From the human T2T-CHM13v2.0 reference genome, Homo sapiens: a stretch of DNA of 64,000 bases. Below, piece by piece: positions 60,480 through 64,000 of the stretch. Made by a program: the position numbers and the translations under genes. The number at the start of each line of letters is the position of its first letter. Within the stretch, counting starts at the first letter, position 1. The stretch is from NCBI RefSeq assembly GCF_009914755.1, contig NC_060929.1; one strand, written 5' to 3'. A model generated the notes under the pieces. It did not search any database. It had not been told where the DNA came from and saw nothing but the letters and a program-made list of their open reading frames with translations.

Positions 60480-62780
60480 ATCTGTTGAGTACAGTGCATG
60501 TTGAGTGAAAGGACTCATCCGTTGCCTTCTTTGTTAGTTACATTTCAATGTGTACATATACGATAGTTTCTCCATATCCTTACCAGCAATTTCTTTAGTC
60601 TTTAAATTTTTATATGCCATTTCTAATGACTGAAAAATGTGTGGTTGTATTATACATTATTGTGCATTTTTTCTTTCATTTTCCTGATTGTTAGTGAGCT
60701 TGACACTGGTTTGTTTTTTTTTTACTTTGTGATCCTGTTTTTCGTATCCCTTATGTACTTTCCTGTGGTTTTTGCTTTACTGGTTTGTAGGAATAGTTAT
60801 ATATTTTGAATTCAACACTTTGCCTCTTAAATATATTGCAGATATTTCTCCCAGACTGTCATTTATCTTTTATTATAATGTCTCTTATTATAAAAATTTT
60901 TTTAAATTTAAAATATCAAATATTTTCTGGTATGCTTTTAAATCCTACTTTCTTAGGTCTTTTCACCCAAATGCTATAAAATATTTTACTATATTTTCTA
61001 CTATTTTCATTGTTTTGATTTATATTTACATTATTGCACATATCAGGAATTTATTCATTGGTAGTGTGTGAGGCAAGGATACAACTTCATTTTTCTTCTA
61101 AAATGCAGAAAATAATACCCTCATATCGTACAGAGAATGAAACATCCATTAGCCATTAATTTTCAACATGAAATATCTACCCTTCTTTTTTTCCTTTTTT
61201 CTATCCATCTACCTATCATTTTCCTGGACTCTGTTTTGTTCTATTTGCCTATTTATGTGCTAATAGCATACTGCTTTATTTATCATAGCCTTGAAGTACA
61301 TTTTGCTAGTTTTTCAGGCCAAATATTTTTCTTTTTCTTTCTCTAAATTATCTCACCTATTCCTTAAAAAAGTCTCTTTCATATGAACATTAGATTCAAA
61401 CTGAGATCTATAAAACAAACAAACTATTTTGATTGGGGTTGAATTAAAATTATGGATTAATTTGGATGGATTTGACATCACTGTAATATTGAGTTTTCCA
61501 ATTTAGAAATATAAAATGCCTCTCCAGTAATTTAGATCTTTTATACCATTGCCTTCCCTTGTGTTCTCTCAAAACCAAACTGTAAGACAAGGATTTGGAC
61601 AAGGATTTAGTTTATTTGAGAGGTGATCTCTGGAGGCCTGATGAGAAATGAGGAGGTGAGAGAGAGGAAAGCTGATAGATGATGTCCTAATGAGCAGTAC
61701 TGCTGTGGGCAACTGACACTCAGTCCTGCTGGTGTTCCTCTTAGACACTGGGTTGAATGAAGCTTAGGACTGTCCCATGACAAGGAAAGAAATCTGGGCT
61801 GTTCATTTACCAGCTCCTATTTCTGATCATTTGAGAGTTGCTCTTGGGTGTTAAATTTGCAACAGTTCTGTCCTTACTCCTGCATGGGCTGATGCTGTCT
61901 TCAGGTAGAGAGAGACCACTAGGCAAATAGGAACTGCTGCAGGTGACTTTAGAGTGGGTGAAAGGGAGGTGCTGACAGTGTCTGCCACAGTTATACATTA
62001 AAATTTTGTGATTTTCTTCATATAGGTTTTATAGTTTTTACATTAGGCTAATTTCTAAGTATTGTTGCTATTGTGAATAAGGTCTACTTTTCTTTTTTTT
62101 TTTTAAATAGCTGATCTTTAGAGATATTATAATAGTCTTTAAGAATGTATGATCTGAAGCAGACTTTCTGACTTTGTGCACCAGGTCTGCCACTTCCCAG
62201 CTTGTAAACTTCTTCAAATTACCTGAATGTCCTTCAATCATAGGTTCTGTAAAATGAGAATAATAATATAATCAATATCATAGGGTTATTGTGAGAATTA
62301 AAAGAGTTAATATAGGTTAAGCAATTAGTAAGTTCTTAATAGTATTAGTTGTAATTATTATTAATATAAGTGACAGTAAAAAATAGAACACTCTTGATTT
62401 GTGAAGGTTACTCAGCTTGCTTTGTGTTCTTACTGTAGTTCTAATATTTTCTCTTACATTTTCTTAGTAGACAATCATGTCATCTAGAAAATAGTGACAG
62501 TTCTGACTCTTTCCACTACTTTTACAGGTGTTATCTGGCTGATAGCCCTGGGACACTGTTAAATAGTAACAATTATGACAGACATTATTATTTTGTTTCT
62601 GTTTTTAGTGGGAATGCTGCTAATGTTTCAATATTTGATATTTGTTGTTGACTTCTGAGAGATACTGCTTCATCAGGTTAAGGAAGCTGCCTTTTATCCC
62701 AAGATTACTGAGTATTTTTCTATCATGATTGAATATGTTATTTTATTAAATGCTTTAAAAAATTCTGTCATTTTTAAGAT
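60480..62780 (-). mobile_element. Fragmented old L1M with nested MLT1-like LTR (~61560-61990) and MIR (~62140-62350)
   Basis: tttgattggggttgaatt, gttgctattgtgaat, atcatgtcatct, caggttaaggaag motifs; approximate. Confidence 0.5.
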
Positions 62781-62903
62781 CATCTTAAGACAATCACCTT
62801 AGGTAAAGAGTTGGCCTAGTTTTCAATTAGACATCCACACTTTTTTCAGCATTTATAACCTCTTCTATTTTCATTTGTTGCTTTAATATTTTTATTTTGG
62901 CAG

Positions 62904-63166
62904 CCTTAATTATTGTCCTTGCTAATGATGACGGCCCTGGAGTTCTATCATTTAACAACAGTGAGCACTTTTTCCTAAGAGAGCCAACAGCTCTCTACGT
63001 CCAGGAGAGTGTTGCAGTATTGTACATTGTTCGGGAACCTGCACAAGGATTGTTTGGAACAGTGACAGTTCAGTTCATTGTGACAGAAGTGAATTCCTCA
63101 AATGAATCTAAAGATCTGACTCCTTCCAAAGGCTATATTGTTTTAGAAGAAGGTGTTCGATTCAAG
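62904..63166 (+). CDS. ADGRV1: ADGRV1 exon ~43 (263 nt)
   Basis: tggcag|CC; ALIIVLANDDGPG...EEGVRFK; donor AAG|GTACAG. Confidence 0.95.
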
Positions 63167-63745
63167 GTACAGTAAGAAGCTTTAATGAGAATGGAAGTTT
63201 ATCTTTAATATTTACAAAATAAATTTCTCTTAGATGAGCACTCAAGTCCTAGAATGAAAAAACAATACTTCCAGCTTAGGTGTTAGACAAAGACATGATT
63301 CATTTACTATGTGACAAGTGCTGTAGTTCTATTTACTCTGTATAAAGCGCAACTGGAAAAATTTACTATTAATAGGGTAAAAGAATATGCAAATAATAAA
63401 GAAAATATATGTATGGCTATTTTAAATTTTCAGCACATTTAAATTGCATATGTCACTTTATATTGTGTATAAACCATATAAAAGAAAACCCAAGCCAACT
63501 TTTGTAAACATTAAGTCCCAGCCAATCATTTCCCTTTCACCACATTTTTGTTGAACAAAATGTAACTGCTTACTTCAGACTGCTTGTTTGACAACAAGAA
63601 TAGTTTATTGGAGAAAAAAATGCTGGATTTGGGATAAATATGATCTATACTCACAGTTTACCTTCCCAAACCTCTTTTTCTATATATTAACAATTTTCTG
63701 TTCCTGCTACTAAACTTTATTTTTTAAAACAGTTTAAGTTTAAAA

Positions 63746-63838
63746 TGCAGCACACCAACATGGCACATGTACACATATGTAACAAACCTGCATGTTGTGC
63801 ACATGTACCCTAGAACTTAAAGTATAATAAAAAAAAAA
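63746..63838 (+). mobile_element. ~90-bp L1PA 3' end fragment, sense orientation, with AATAAA (63826-63831) and A-tail
   Basis: gcagcacaccaacatggcacatg...cctagaacttaaagtataataaaaaa. Confidence 0.85.
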
Positions 63839-63867
63839 GCAATTTGCAAGATTATGTTGCAAATGTG

Positions 63868-64000
63868 ATTTTTTTTTTTTTTTTTTTTGAGGCAGAGTCT
63901 CACTCTGTCATCCAGGCTGGAGTTCAGTGGCGCAATCTAGGTTTACTGCAAACTCCACCTCCCAGGTTCAAGTGATTCTGGAGTGCAGTGACGCGATCTC
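63868..64000 (-). mobile_element. Alu (runs off window end, internal re-start at ~63978)
   Basis: polyT, gaggcagagtctcactctgtc...gattct followed by a second ggagtgcagtg. Confidence 0.85.

Overview
Primate (very likely human) genomic DNA from the middle of ADGRV1 (GPR98/VLGR1/MASS1; Usher syndrome 2C), on the + strand. I traced 24 consecutive coding exons with GT-AG boundaries and a continuous reading frame. By recalled numbering they are exons 20 (partial) to 43, encoding the LamG/pentraxin-like domain and a run of Calx-beta repeats. The introns hold a full-length, inactivated antisense L1 (L1PA2-like, with TSD), a 5'-inverted (twin-primed) L1PA3-like element nested in an Alu tail, about 14 Alu copies, MaLR LTRs, an ERVL pol remnant, MER2, Charlie1 and older repeats. 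There is no prokaryotic-type system. Best leads: (1) an 81-nt symmetric exon that inserts an acidic Ser-Gly (glycosaminoglycan-type) motif into a Calx-beta loop, behind a NAGNAG/UG-rich acceptor; (2) a PAN/apple-like four-Cys module inserted in a Calx-beta domain in exon 33; (3) several routes to truncated, transmembrane-less ectodomain isoforms (intron-25 terminal exon, exon-31 internal donor, intron-39 read-through, L1 antisense polyA sites); (4) an L1 antisense promoter/ORF0 pointing into the downstream exons, with a mutated YY1 site; (5) L1-L1 recombination substrates and small template-switch scars. Exon numbers, isoform names and repeat subfamilies come from memory and were not database-checked.
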